Made by a program: the position numbers and the translations under genes. Positions 63,471 to 64,000 of a stretch of DNA of 64,000 nucleotides are shown here, piece by piece. The first letter of the stretch is position 1; each line of letters opens with the position of its first letter. Source of the stretch: Octopus bimaculoides (taxonomy: Eukaryota); the NCBI RefSeq assembly GCF_001194135.2, contig NC_069005.1, positions 34,218,511 to 34,282,510 on the forward strand. The letters run 5' to 3'. The notes under the pieces were generated by a model that was not told the DNA's origin, did not search any database, and worked only from the letters and a program-made list of their open reading frames with translations.

Positions 63471-64000
63471 TTTATATGATTCATAAATGACCACAATGGA
63501 GATATTCTTTGTAGAGAGTCTATGAAATGTTTGCCATAAGATATAAGAATACAAACTTAAGTTTGGTGATATCTGGAGAATTCTTTCACTGTTTCATTTC
63601 CTCTTGGAATATTGCAATTAGCTGCGGAGAAGGAAAAGTTGTTGACGCTTCCTAGCGAGGAAAATGGAACAATTTCGCAAAAGTAAGGAAGTAAAGATAA
63701 TGGAACCGAAGTATGACATCGGAATAGCTTGGGAGGTTTTTGACGGTGAAATATTAAATTGATGTTTGTGTCGCTGCTGATGCATTGTGGTGCCATCTAT
63801 AGAGTTCCTGACGTCTATTTAATTCAAACATTGCACTGTTTCGATACAGAAAGAGAGAGAGAGAGAGAGAGAGAGAGTGGGGAGGAGAAAGAGAAAGAGA
63901 GAGAATGTGTATTAATTAGATAGATTGACAGATGGATAGGTGTTTGAGATGTGTGAGATTTAGAGATGTATGCAGTGTGTGTATATATGTCCGTTGAATG

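Overview
This is eukaryotic, AT-rich draft-assembly DNA, not prokaryotic. It has about 29 N-gaps (roughly 11-12 kb in total), mostly flanked by microsatellites. The SINE set and repeat load suggest a coleoid cephalopod, most likely Octopus (inference). Nearly all ORFs in the supplied track are artefacts of N-runs and simple repeats, and there is no CRISPR array, rRNA, bona fide tRNA or intact transposase. The window is dominated by (TA)n, (CA)n, (AGAT)n and trinucleotide repeats, plus about 25 copies of four SINE or SINE-like families. It also carries decayed coding fossils of Tc1, mariner, hAT (Charlie/Buster type, 2 clear and 2 weak), a Tigger-like MITE, RTE and L1/Tx1 LINEs, and a Penelope-like GIY-YIG endonuclease. 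The most interesting signal is a set of minimal type-I hammerhead ribozyme motifs that the ORF track does not show. One has an intact core (26768-26812, minus strand) and sits next to a 37-bp-arm fold-back that runs into an assembly gap. Four more are decayed (5727, 10530, 45663, 45905). There are also tail-to-tail inverted SINE pairs (possible dsRNA/ADAR substrates) and a few unassigned exon candidates, mainly on the minus strand at 45-56 kb. All alignments were done by eye and repeat boundaries are approximate.
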